Assembly: GCA_965224755.1 (NCBI GenBank) | Contig: OZ245061.1 | Location: 2,247,612-2,311,611, forward strand | From: Hellea sp. | Lineage (GTDB): Bacteria > Pseudomonadota > Alphaproteobacteria > Caulobacterales > Maricaulaceae | Direction: 5' to 3' | DNA length: 64,000 nucleotides | Shown: positions 10,208-19,004 of the stretch, piece by piece | Numbering within the stretch: the stretch's first letter is position 1 | Layout: every line of letters starts with the position of its first letter | Notes under the pieces: generated by a model | What the model was told of the DNA's origin: nothing | Databases searched by the model: none | The model's input: only the letters and a program-made list of their open reading frames with translations | Program-made: the position numbers and the translations under genes

Positions 10208-11227
10208 GTGGCCCAAGCTCCCCTCGTTTTAACCCCGTTGGTTTTGACAATGGGCGATCCCGCCGGGATCGGCCCCGAAATCATCGTAAAAGCGCGGGAA
10301 GCCCTCAAGTCGCAACCCGAATACGCCTTTGCCGTTATGGCTCCGCCGCGCGTGATTGAACACGCAGGCGGGCGGGTCAAAATAATATCCAATCTGTCTG
10401 ATGCCGTGGATGTTTTTCAGAACTCCGTTCCCGTTCTCCCGCTCGAAGGCCGCGTCGCCAAGCCGGGCAAACCGTCCCAAGATCATGCCATGACGATTAC
10501 CCGGTCTATCGAACGGGCCGTCGGGCTGGCCTTGTCCGGCGAAGCCGCGGGCGTAGTAACCAATCCGATTTCTAAAGATATCCTCTATCAAGCCGGATTC
10601 AAATTTCCCGGCCATACCGAATATCTTGGCGAGCTGACAAAATCAGCCGTCCCGCCTTATGCCCGCGGCCCCGTCATGATGCTGGTTGGCGGCGGACTGC
10701 GGGTCGGTCTTGCCACCGTGCATCTATCCCTGAAAGACGCCGCCAAAGCCTTAAACGCAGACGCGATCTTGCGAAATGCCCGCGTCATAAACGGCGCTCT
10801 AAAGTGTGATTTTGGCATTGAAAATCCGCGTATCAGCTTGGCCGGACTAAATCCCCATGCCGGGGAAGGCGGAGCCTTGGGCCGCGAGGAAATCGACATT
10901 ATCAATCCAGCAGCGCGGGCCCTGCGCGCTGAAGGGCTGGACATCACCGACGCCCAGCCCGCCGATACATTGTTCCACGCTGAGGCCCGCGAGGCCTATG
11001 ACGCCGTCCTCGCCATGTATCACGACCAAGGGCTTATCCCGGTTAAAACGCTGGATTTTCACGGCGGCGTGAATATTACGCTCGGCCTGCCGATTGTGCG
11101 CACCTCGCCCGATCACGGCACGGCTTTCAATATTGCCGGGCAGAATAAAGCCCGGCCCGACAGCCTGATTGCGGCCATAAAAACGGCGCGAAGCCTCGCC
11201 AATAACCGGGCAAAATATGCCCCTTGA
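10208..11227 (+). CDS. pdxA: 4-hydroxythreonine-4-phosphate dehydrogenase
   Basis: 339 aa with a GTG start. Motifs GDPAGIGPEI, FPGHTEYL, GLNPHAGEGG. Confidence 0.92.
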   Translation: MAQAPLVLTPLVLTMGDPAGIGPEIIVKAREALKSQPEYAFAVMAPPRVIEHAGGRVKIISNLSDAVDVFQNSVPVLPLEGRVAKPGKPSQDHAMTITRSIERAVGLALSGEAAGVVTNPISKDILYQAGFKFPGHTEYLGELTKSAVPPYARGPVMMLVGGGLRVGLATVHLSLKDAAKALNADAILRNARVINGALKCDFGIENPRISLAGLNPHAGEGGALGREEIDIINPAARALRAEGLDITDAQPADTLFHAEAREAYDAVLAMYHDQGLIPVKTLDFHGGVNITLGLPIVRTSPDHGTAFNIAGQNKARPDSLIAAIKTARSLANNRAKYAP

Positions 11228-12089
11228 TAAGCTCCCCACCCTCCCGGAGACCCTAGCCATTCACGGGCTTCGCGCGAATAAATCCCTTGGCCAACATTTC
11301 CTGCTGGACATGACGATCACGGATAGAATTGCGCGGCTGGCAGCGCCTCTGGAAAACATCTCTGTCGCAGAAATCGGCCCCGGCCCGGGCGGGCTGACGC
11401 GGGCTTTGCTGGCTAACGGCGCGGCGCATGTGCTGGCCATTGAAATGGATGAGCGGTTTTTGGTGCCGCTGGCCGATATCGGCGCGGCAACAGGCGGCAA
11501 GCTCCGCATCATTCACGGCGACGCGCGAAAAGTCGATATCGGCAAGGAATTGTCAGGCAAGGAACTCTCAGGCGAGATAAAAATAATCGCTAATCTCCCC
11601 TATAATGTCGGCACAAAATTGCTAATTAATTGGCTGACCGCCGCCCCGCTTTTTTGGTCGCAAGCCGTGCTCATGTTTCAAAAAGAAGTGGCGCAGCGTG
11701 TTGTCGCCGCTCCCGGCGAAAGCGCTTATGGGCGGCTCGCCATTCTGACGCAAAGTGTCTGCGCCGCGCGGATAGGCTTTGAAATCCCGGCCCGCGCTTT
11801 TACCCCGCCGCCAAAAGTCGACAGCGCTGTTGTGGTTCTAGACCCGCTTGCGGAAAAGCAGCGCTTTGCCGATTTGAAATTACTTGGTGAGGTCACACAA
11901 GCTGCCTTCGGGCAAAGACGAAAAATGCTGCGCGGCTCGCTCAAATCCATCGCTAAGAAATACGGAACAACGCCTCAAGCATGGTGTGAGGCCTGCGGCA
12001 TAGACCCGCAAAAAAGGCCGGAAACTTTAAGCGTGGGTGAGTTTCAAGCTCTGGCTAAATATCTCCAAACCCTGTTATCCCGCACATAG
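11217..12089 (+). CDS. rsmA: 16S rRNA (adenine1518/1519-N6)-dimethyltransferase
   Basis: 290 aa. LGQHFLLD and SAM motif EIGPGPGGLT. Overlaps pdxA by 11 nt. Confidence 0.93.
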   Translation: MPLDKLPTLPETLAIHGLRANKSLGQHFLLDMTITDRIARLAAPLENISVAEIGPGPGGLTRALLANGAAHVLAIEMDERFLVPLADIGAATGGKLRIIHGDARKVDIGKELSGKELSGEIKIIANLPYNVGTKLLINWLTAAPLFWSQAVLMFQKEVAQRVVAAPGESAYGRLAILTQSVCAARIGFEIPARAFTPPPKVDSAVVVLDPLAEKQRFADLKLLGEVTQAAFGQRRKMLRGSLKSIAKKYGTTPQAWCEACGIDPQKRPETLSVGEFQALAKYLQTLLSRT

Positions 12090-12178
12090 CGAAGCGGAGA
12101 TGCGGACCTAACCCCCAATACGATGTCCGCCTTTAGGTCCCGCATGTGCGGGCTTCGCTCTTCTGCGGGATGACAGGG
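12070..12178. repeat. Long imperfect palindromic element overlapping the rsmA stop codon
   Basis: Nested arm pairs: ccctgttatcccgca / tgcgggatgacaggg, agcgaagc / gcttcgct, atgcggacctaa / ttaggtcccgcat. The left arm encodes the last rsmA codons (TLLSRT*). Confidence 0.75.
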
Positions 12179-12299
12179 TTTTATATTTACTCGCCATCTG
12201 GGACATCAAACATAACGCAATGAAACCCCGCCCTGCCTAGTGGGGTGACAATGTATAAAATTTCCGCTATCAATAGATGCATTATGGTTGGGGAACAAT

Positions 12300-12833
12300 A
12301 TGGAAAACATCACTGCAGAACAGGTCGTAATTTTCGGAGTGATCGCTCTGGCTTTTTTTACCTGGCAGAAAAAACGGCCAGACTCTGAAGGAAGGTTACC
12401 AGATGCTGCTGTAACGCGTGAAAAAGTTCTTGGAGTTTTAAGAGAATTTAAGGTTAAACGTAAATCTGATGGTTCAAGCTTTCGGGAAAGCGATATTCAT
12501 AAACAACTTCTGAAATTCCTTCAAGATAGATTTTACCATGTACAAAGTCAGAAGCCAATTGGCGGTGTTCACGCAAAACAAATTGACTTTGATATCGGAC
12601 GAGAACGCGTTGGAATCGAAATAAAAATGGCAAAATCACTTTATAAAAAAAGTGAATTTGATCGACTACATGGGCAAATGAAAAGTTATTCAGAAGCGTA
12701 CTCTGATAGCAATTTAATACTTCAAGTGTTCGGCACCAAAGCTGAATTACGTGATAGAGTTAAACAGACAGCTATAATTGAAACGCTTGAAGACTATCCT
12801 GTACACGCTGAATTTATTAAAATTCCAAAGTAG
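12300..12833 (+). CDS. Orphan hypothetical protein: N-terminal TM helix plus a PD-(D/E)xK-like core
   Basis: The ORF is open from TTG 12288. ATG 12300 has GGGGA 6 nt upstream. TM helix VVIFGVIALAFFTW. Candidate nuclease motif order: E (ESDIHKQL), then D (QIDFDIG), then ExK (VGIEIKM). Clearly more AT-rich than its neighbours by eye. Confidence 0.6.
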   Translation: MENITAEQVVIFGVIALAFFTWQKKRPDSEGRLPDAAVTREKVLGVLREFKVKRKSDGSSFRESDIHKQLLKFLQDRFYHVQSQKPIGGVHAKQIDFDIGRERVGIEIKMAKSLYKKSEFDRLHGQMKSYSEAYSDSNLILQVFGTKAELRDRVKQTAIIETLEDYPVHAEFIKIPK

Positions 12834-12849
12834 CCAACCCCTTAAAGCC

Positions 12850-13515
12850 CTAACCACCTGATGTCAGCGATTTGATGAAGCCGCCCAGCCACGGTTGTCG
12901 GCGTCTGCGGATGCGTTCCGAGGCAACGATTGTACGCAACTCTTGCAGCGCCATTTCAATATTTTCATTGACGATGACATAGTCATATTCGGCCCAATGG
13001 CTGATCTCGGCCTCGGATTTTGACATCCGTTTGGCAATCACAGCGTCGCTATCCTGAGCCCGTTCGTGCAGGCGTTTTTCCAGCTCGCGCATATTGGGCG
13101 GGAGGATAAAAATCTTGACCAAATCATCGGCCGCAGCTTGGGTGAGTTGCTGCGCGCCCTGCCAGTCAATATCGAAAACAACATCGCGGCCATCGCCGAG
13201 CGCCTGCTCAACCGGCGCGCGGGGCGTCCCGTAGAAATTATCAAAAACCTTGGCATGTTCAAGAAATTCATCGCCGTCCGCCATCTCGGCAAATTTATTT
13301 TTGCTGATGAAATAATAATCCTCGCCGTCAATCTCGCCGGGGCGGGCCTTGCGGGTCGTGGCCGAAACCGACATCGCCATATCCGGATTTTCGCGCAGTA
13401 ATTTACGGGTCAATGTTGTCTTGCCCGCGCCGGAGGGCGAGGACAGGACAACCATAATCCCGCGCCGCTGCGCCTTCATTTCGTCTAAAGGTGATGGACC
13501 TAATTTACTCGACAT
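12850..13515 (-). CDS. gmk: Guanylate kinase
   Basis: 221 aa. P-loop SSPSGAGKTTL. Followed by yicC in a common arrangement. Confidence 0.92.
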   Translation of the reverse strand: MSSKLGPSPLDEMKAQRRGIMVVLSSPSGAGKTTLTRKLLRENPDMAMSVSATTRKARPGEIDGEDYYFISKNKFAEMADGDEFLEHAKVFDNFYGTPRAPVEQALGDGRDVVFDIDWQGAQQLTQAAADDLVKIFILPPNMRELEKRLHERAQDSDAVIAKRMSKSEAEISHWAEYDYVIVNENIEMALQELRTIVASERIRRRRQPWLGGFIKSLTSGG

Positions 13516-14359
13516 TTGCGGCTTGCTCCCGAAATTGTTCTATCACGCTTTTCAGAGCAAGCCCCGTCTGCGTCAAGTCTATGTCGGCGGATTTTGAACA
13601 CAACGTATTTGTTTCGCGGTTAAATTCCTGCGACAGGAAATCGAGTTTGCGGCCTATAGGCGAGCCTTGCGCGATCAACTTTCGCGCCTGCACGCAATGC
13701 GCCCGGAGACGGTCCAATTCCTCGCGCACATCCGCCTTTAAGGCCAATATAGCGGCTTCTTGGATAAGACGGTCTTCGGGCAGACTATCGCCGAGAAGCT
13801 CTGTGAGTTTTCCCTGCAAGCGGGATTTGATAGCTTCGGGCTGGACTGCCGCCAGCGCGCTCGCCGTTTTTACATGGCTTTCAATATCAGACACATTTCC
13901 CAATAAAATAGGCGTTAGAGCCTTACCCTCTTCTTCTCGCGCGGCCTTTAAGTTCACCGCCAATTCGCCAAAACTTTTGAGCAATACAGATTCTAATGCA
14001 GCTTGGCTTTCTTCCGCAAGATTATCCCCTACCTCTTCTACTACGCCCGGGATGGTCATCAAAACGGAAATATCTTTTGCGCCTTTTTTTTCAAGCGTAT
14101 CCAGCAGGGCGTCATTAATACGATATATCTTCCCGTCCGCGCCGCTTTGAAGCGTTAGGTTGACTTGCAGATTTCCGCGCGAGAAATTTCGCGCTAATTT
14201 CTTGCGGACAGGCCCGTCAAGCGCCGAAAAACCATGCGGCAGGCGCAAGCGCACATCCAGCGATTTACCGTTGACCGAGCGCACTTCCCAGCTCCAGCTC
14301 ACGCCCGCATGCTCCCCGCTCGTGCGGGCAAATCCTGTCATGCCGCTCAGAGTGTTCAT
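13505..14359 (-). CDS. yicC: YicC family stress-induced protein
   Basis: The ORF is open to 14413. ATG 14359 gives MNTLSGMTGFAR, the YicC-type N-terminus, and forms an ATGA overlap with the mltG stop. Confidence 0.8.
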   Translation of the reverse strand: MNTLSGMTGFARTSGEHAGVSWSWEVRSVNGKSLDVRLRLPHGFSALDGPVRKKLARNFSRGNLQVNLTLQSGADGKIYRINDALLDTLEKKGAKDISVLMTIPGVVEEVGDNLAEESQAALESVLLKSFGELAVNLKAAREEEGKALTPILLGNVSDIESHVKTASALAAVQPEAIKSRLQGKLTELLGDSLPEDRLIQEAAILALKADVREELDRLRAHCVQARKLIAQGSPIGRKLDFLSQEFNRETNTLCSKSADIDLTQTGLALKSVIEQFREQAANVE

Positions 14360-15474
14360 CTTTGTTCCCGCTGTCTTTGATTTTTTTGTCTTTGGCGCTC
14401 TATTTTCCGCCATTTAATGACGTTATTCGTGTGCTCTCGATTAGTCTTGGCAAATACATGCCCGCCTGACCCATCCGCAACAAAAAACAGGTAATCTGTC
14501 TTGGCCGGTTGCAAGACGGCTTTGAGCGCGCGCGCGCCGGGATTGCAAATCGGCGTCGCGGGCAGGCCGTCAATCTGGTAAGTATTCCACGCCGTCTTGC
14601 GGTCAATTTCCGAGCGGTACAAAGTCCGCCGTTGTCCCTTGCGGTTAAACAGCGGCTCGCCTTTGGACACGCCGTAAATAATCGTCGGGTCGGATTGTAG
14701 GCGCATATTTTTACGCAGGCGGTTGATAAAAACCCCCGCCACCCTATCGCGCTCACTGCCTATGCCGGTTTCTTTCTCCACGACAGAGGCCAGAATAATC
14801 GCCTCTTCTTTGGTCTTGATCGGTAAGCCCTCTTGGCGTTTCTCCCAAATTTCATCCAGCAAGGCGGTCTGCGCGTCTTGCATCTTCTTGACCAAAGCCG
14901 AGCGGCTCATCCCGCGCGGCGTCATATAGGTCTCGGGCAGAAGCGTGCCTTCTGCGGGCACCTCGGGACTGTCATCAACCAATGTCTCAACGCCGCCCAT
15001 TGCGCGCATAATCTGCGCGCTGGTTAAGCCTTCCGGCGCCGTGAAAGGATAGAGAATGGCCTTGCCTTCGGCGAGCGTGTCATAGATTTTTCGCATCGAT
15101 GTTGGTTGCGTGATCAAAAATTCGCCGGCTTTGAAATTGGCCTCATTGCCGCGTAATTTGGTCACAAGTTTGAAGATGAAAGCCCTGTCGATTAATCCGG
15201 CTGTCTCCAGCCGCGTAGCAATCACCGATAAGCCGCTCCCTTTCGGGACTTTGAAAACGGTTTCGCTTACGTCCACTTTCGGCACGGTCTCATAACGGTA
15301 ATTAACGAAGGAATATCCCGCGAAAACAACGCCGATCATAAGCGTTAGCAGGCCAAAAAATGCGATAATGCCAAGGGTACGTTTTTCGCGCTTGGCTATT
15401 TTAGCCCCATTTATTTTAGGCGGCTCTTCAGGGTTTTGGATGACAGCCTGTTGCGGCTTTTTTTGCCGGGCCAT
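14356..15474 (-). CDS. mltG: Endolytic murein transglycosylase MltG (YceG-like)
   Basis: 372 aa. N-terminal TM anchor, then YceG-like LASVVEKETG ... DPTIIYG. Confidence 0.88.
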   Translation of the reverse strand: MARQKKPQQAVIQNPEEPPKINGAKIAKREKRTLGIIAFFGLLTLMIGVVFAGYSFVNYRYETVPKVDVSETVFKVPKGSGLSVIATRLETAGLIDRAFIFKLVTKLRGNEANFKAGEFLITQPTSMRKIYDTLAEGKAILYPFTAPEGLTSAQIMRAMGGVETLVDDSPEVPAEGTLLPETYMTPRGMSRSALVKKMQDAQTALLDEIWEKRQEGLPIKTKEEAIILASVVEKETGIGSERDRVAGVFINRLRKNMRLQSDPTIIYGVSKGEPLFNRKGQRRTLYRSEIDRKTAWNTYQIDGLPATPICNPGARALKAVLQPAKTDYLFFVADGSGGHVFAKTNREHTNNVIKWRKIERQRQKNQRQREQR

Positions 15475-16769
15475 CAGTCTTGCGGCGGGCCGGTGAAGAT
15501 CAGCGCCGCATTGGTTCCGCCAAATCCGAAACTATTAGACATGACAGCCTTTGCCGCAAACGGCTTGGCTTTTAAGGGCACAAGATCCAGCGGAGTCTCA
15601 ATTGACGGGTTTTCAAGATTAAGTGTTGGCGGCGCGATTTGGTCGCGCAAGGCCAGAATAGAGAACACAGCCTCTATTGCGCCTGCCCCGCCCAAGAGAT
15701 GCCCCGTACTGGATTTTGTCGAAGACATTTTGACATTTTTCGCGTGCCCCCCCAGCAGACGCTCAACCGCTTTGACTTCAACTTCGTCTCCGACAGGTGT
15801 CGAGGTGCCGTGGGCGTTGATATAGCCAATATCGCTCACGTCCAAACCGGAGTGTTTGAGCGCGCCTTTCATGGCCCGGTATCCGCCGTCCCCGTCCGGC
15901 GCCGGGCTGGTAATATGATAAGCATCGCCCGAAAGGCCGTAACCGCTTAACTCTGCATAGATGGTCGCGCCGCGCGCAATAGCATGCTCATACTCTTCCA
16001 AAACAACAGCGCCAGCCCCTTCGCCCATCAAGAACCCGTCGCGGCCAGTATCATAGGGCCGCGAGGCTTTTTCCGGCGTCTCGTTATACCCCGTGGTCAT
16101 CGCCCGGCAGGCGACAAACCCCGCCAGTCCCAAACGGCAAATCGCGGCTTCTCCGCCGCCCGCAACCATAACATCAGCGTCGCCATATTGGATCAACCGC
16201 GCGGCGTCGCCAATGGTGTGGGCGCCGGTTGCGCAGGCGGTGGCAACGGAATGGTTGGGGCCTTTGAGGCCGTGGCGCATGGAAATATGACCCGAGGCCA
16301 GATTAATGAGCAGAGCCGGCAGGACAAAGGGACTTATCCTGCGCGGGCCTTTTTCATGCAGCGTGATCGAGGCATCATAAGTTGTCTGTAGCCCGCCAAC
16401 GCCGCAGCCGAACATAACGCCCGTGCGCTCCTGCGCCTCTGCGCTCTCTTCAAGCGGGTTCCAGCCCGAATGTTTCAAAGCTTCATCGCTGGCAGCAATG
16501 GAATAGAGGATAAAATCATCAATGCGCTTGGCATCGCGCCGGCTCATAACAGAATCTGGGTCAAAAACCCCTTCCATGTCAGGAGCGCCGCCCGCACGTC
16601 CATCGACGCGCGGTATGACAGCCGCGATTTTGCAAGCAATATCGCTGACGTCAAAATGGTCTATTTTGGAGGCTCCGGACTTACCGGAGAGAATGTTTTT
16701 CCATGCGGTTTCAACACCGCATCCGACGGGCGTAACGAGGCCTAGACCTGTAACAACGACCCGCCGCAT
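15474..16769 (-). CDS. fabF: 3-oxoacyl-ACP synthase II
   Basis: 431 aa. Active-site context SVATACATGAH, then HGTSTPVGD and NSFGFGGTNA. Confidence 0.93.
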   Translation of the reverse strand: MRRVVVTGLGLVTPVGCGVETAWKNILSGKSGASKIDHFDVSDIACKIAAVIPRVDGRAGGAPDMEGVFDPDSVMSRRDAKRIDDFILYSIAASDEALKHSGWNPLEESAEAQERTGVMFGCGVGGLQTTYDASITLHEKGPRRISPFVLPALLINLASGHISMRHGLKGPNHSVATACATGAHTIGDAARLIQYGDADVMVAGGGEAAICRLGLAGFVACRAMTTGYNETPEKASRPYDTGRDGFLMGEGAGAVVLEEYEHAIARGATIYAELSGYGLSGDAYHITSPAPDGDGGYRAMKGALKHSGLDVSDIGYINAHGTSTPVGDEVEVKAVERLLGGHAKNVKMSSTKSSTGHLLGGAGAIEAVFSILALRDQIAPPTLNLENPSIETPLDLVPLKAKPFAAKAVMSNSFGFGGTNAALIFTGPPQD

Positions 16770-16780
16770 ATCAAAGCTGA

Positions 16781-17014
16781 TTAAACTTTTTCAGAGATAA
16801 ATTTGACAGCCGCGCCGACAGTTTGAATGTGTTCGGCAGCATCATCAGGAATTTCGATATCGAATTCTTCTTCAAATGCCATGACCAGCTCGACAGTATC
16901 GAGGCTGTCTGCGCCAAGGTCATCAATGAAATGCGCGCTGGCTGTGACTTTTTCTTCTTCCACATCAAGATGCTCAACGACCATCTTTGTAACGCGAGCT
17001 AATACGTCTGACAT
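16781..17014 (-). CDS. acpP: Acyl carrier protein
   Basis: 77 aa. Phosphopantetheine site [13 protein letters not shown]. Confidence 0.95.
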   Translation of the reverse strand: MSDVLARVTKMVVEHLDVEEEKVTASAHFIDDLGADSLDTVELVMAFEEEFDIEIPDDAAEHIQTVGAAVKFISEKV

Positions 17015-17155
17015 AGGTTTTTCCTTATATAGTGCCGCAGTGTTTACGGCGATTGCAGGGCGTAAGTAAGCGGTGTTCTTTGAAAAACAACCCTTTTTTG
17101 CGATTCACCAAGGAATAGCACAGATGAATTACAGTAGCTAGGGCACAAAACCCCT

Positions 17156-17896
17156 TTAAATCATGGCCATACCGCCATTTACATGCAGGGTCTGCCCCGT
17201 CACATAACCGGCCTCATTCGAGGCTAAATAGAGCGCAGTAGCGGCAATATCCGCGCCCGTCCCGAGGGCTCCGGCGGGTATTTTAGTGAGAATCGCTTCT
17301 TTTTGCGCGTCCGTTAGCCCGTCCGTCATCGGCGAGGCGATAAATCCGGGGGCGATACAGTTCACCGTCACCCCGCGCGAGGCAACTTCTTGAGCCAATG
17401 ACTTGGAAAATCCGATCATTCCCGCTTTGGAGGCGGCGTAATTGGCCTGGCCCGGATTGCCAGTGACGCCGACCACAGAGGTAATCCCGATAATCCGCCC
17501 CCAACGCGCCTTCATCATCGGCCGCAAACAGGCTTTGGAGAGGCGGAAATAGGCTTCAAGATTGACCTTTTGAACAATATCCCAATCTTCCTGTTTCATC
17601 CGCATAAGCAGGCCGTCGCGCGTAATCCCGGCATTGGCAATCAGAATATCGACAGCTCCGCCCATGGCCTCGCCTGCCGCTTTGGGGAGCGCGTCCACGG
17701 CCTCACCGTCCGACAAGTTACAGGGCACAACAAAGGCGCGAGCGCCTAATTCTGCCGCCAAAGCTTCCAGCTTCTCAGCCCGCGTACCTGACAAGGCTAC
17801 GCTTGCGCCCTGCGCATGGAGCAGTCTGGCAATTTCGCCGCCAAGTCCGCCTGTTGCGCCTGTCACCAGCGCCCGTTTTCCGCCTAGATTAAACAT
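17156..17896 (-). CDS. fabG: 3-oxoacyl-ACP reductase
   Basis: 246 aa SDR. VTGATGGLGGEIA and YAASKAG. Sits within the fab cluster. Confidence 0.92.
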   Translation of the reverse strand: MFNLGGKRALVTGATGGLGGEIARLLHAQGASVALSGTRAEKLEALAAELGARAFVVPCNLSDGEAVDALPKAAGEAMGGAVDILIANAGITRDGLLMRMKQEDWDIVQKVNLEAYFRLSKACLRPMMKARWGRIIGITSVVGVTGNPGQANYAASKAGMIGFSKSLAQEVASRGVTVNCIAPGFIASPMTDGLTDAQKEAILTKIPAGALGTGADIAATALYLASNEAGYVTGQTLHVNGGMAMI

Positions 17897-17898
17897 GT

Positions 17899-18843
17899 CT
17901 ATCCCTTTAATTCATTTGCGAAAGCTTCGAGACTTTCGGGTGTATTCAAAGCCGCGCCGTTCAGGCCTTTAACGATGCGCCGGAGCATAACGGTCAAAAC
18001 TTTGCCGCAGCCCGGCTCGGCCAGTGTTTCAACGCCGTTCTTATGCATCATATTAACAGATTCGCGCCAGCGCACACGGCCCGTAATCTGCGCGACCAAA
18101 TCATTGCGCAATTGATCCGGGTCAGTGACGGGCATGGCCTGCACATTATTGATGACGGGGACTTTCGGTGCCAAAATCACCGCATCGGCCAGAGCGTCCC
18201 GCATCGCGTCCGCCGCAGGGGCCATCATATCGCAATGAAACGGGGCGGAGACATTGAGCATCATCGCCTTTTTCACGCCCAACTCTGTCGCGGCTTTGCA
18301 GGCGGCCTCAACAGCCGCTTTTTCGCCGGAGAGCACAATCTGGCCGACGGCATTATCATTGGCAATTTGGCAAATGCCAATTTTCTGCCCCGCCTTGGCC
18401 GCAGCTTCAGCGTCTTCAACAGAGGCGCCCAATAAAGCCGCCATCGCGCCCGCCCCGATGGGAACAGCGGCCTGCATAGCGTCGCCGCGAATACGCAGAA
18501 GCCGCGCCGTATCGGCCAGCGCAATCGAGCCGGCGGCGCATAGCGCCGAATATTCGCCCAGAGAATGCCCCGCAACATATTTAGCCGCTGTCACATCTAT
18601 ATCAAATTCAGCTTTCAGCGCCGCCATCGCGGCCAGTGACGCCGCCATCAAGGCGGGCTGGGTATTGGCTGTCAGAGTCAAGTCTTCTATCGGGCCGTTC
18701 CACATCAGCTTTGAGAGGTTTTGGCTAAGCGCATCATCGACTTCGGCAAAGACAGCTTTTGCACTTGGGAAGGCCTCAGCAAGGTCTTGGCCCATGCCAA
18801 CGGATTGGCTACCCTGACCGGGAAATGTGAATGCGAGTGTCAT
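17899..18843 (-). CDS. fabD: Malonyl-CoA-ACP transacylase
   Basis: 314 aa. FPGQGSQ and GHSLGEYSAL motifs. Confidence 0.93.
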   Translation of the reverse strand: MTLAFTFPGQGSQSVGMGQDLAEAFPSAKAVFAEVDDALSQNLSKLMWNGPIEDLTLTANTQPALMAASLAAMAALKAEFDIDVTAAKYVAGHSLGEYSALCAAGSIALADTARLLRIRGDAMQAAVPIGAGAMAALLGASVEDAEAAAKAGQKIGICQIANDNAVGQIVLSGEKAAVEAACKAATELGVKKAMMLNVSAPFHCDMMAPAADAMRDALADAVILAPKVPVINNVQAMPVTDPDQLRNDLVAQITGRVRWRESVNMMHKNGVETLAEPGCGKVLTVMLRRIVKGLNGAALNTPESLEAFANELKG

Positions 18844-19004
18844 AAATGTCCTTTACCCGAAAATATGGCTTGTGAATAGATATAGGGCCGCCGCCGTCAA
18901 GCCCAATTTTATCGGGCAAATAATGACGCAATTTAAGATGTCATTAACTCTGTTTTCGTAGCACAGGATACGGTTCGGGATGGGCCATTACATCGGGGAT
19001 ATGC

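Noticed and set aside
13491-14150. 219-aa plus-strand ORF and similar long antisense ORFs (e.g. 18254..18817, 19103..19627, 54145..54840, 62616..63107)
   Set aside because: All lie opposite strongly supported genes (yicC, fabD, the coiled-coil gene, hutU, ubiB) and have the Ser/Ala/Arg/Pro-rich composition typical of antisense frames in GC-rich DNA.
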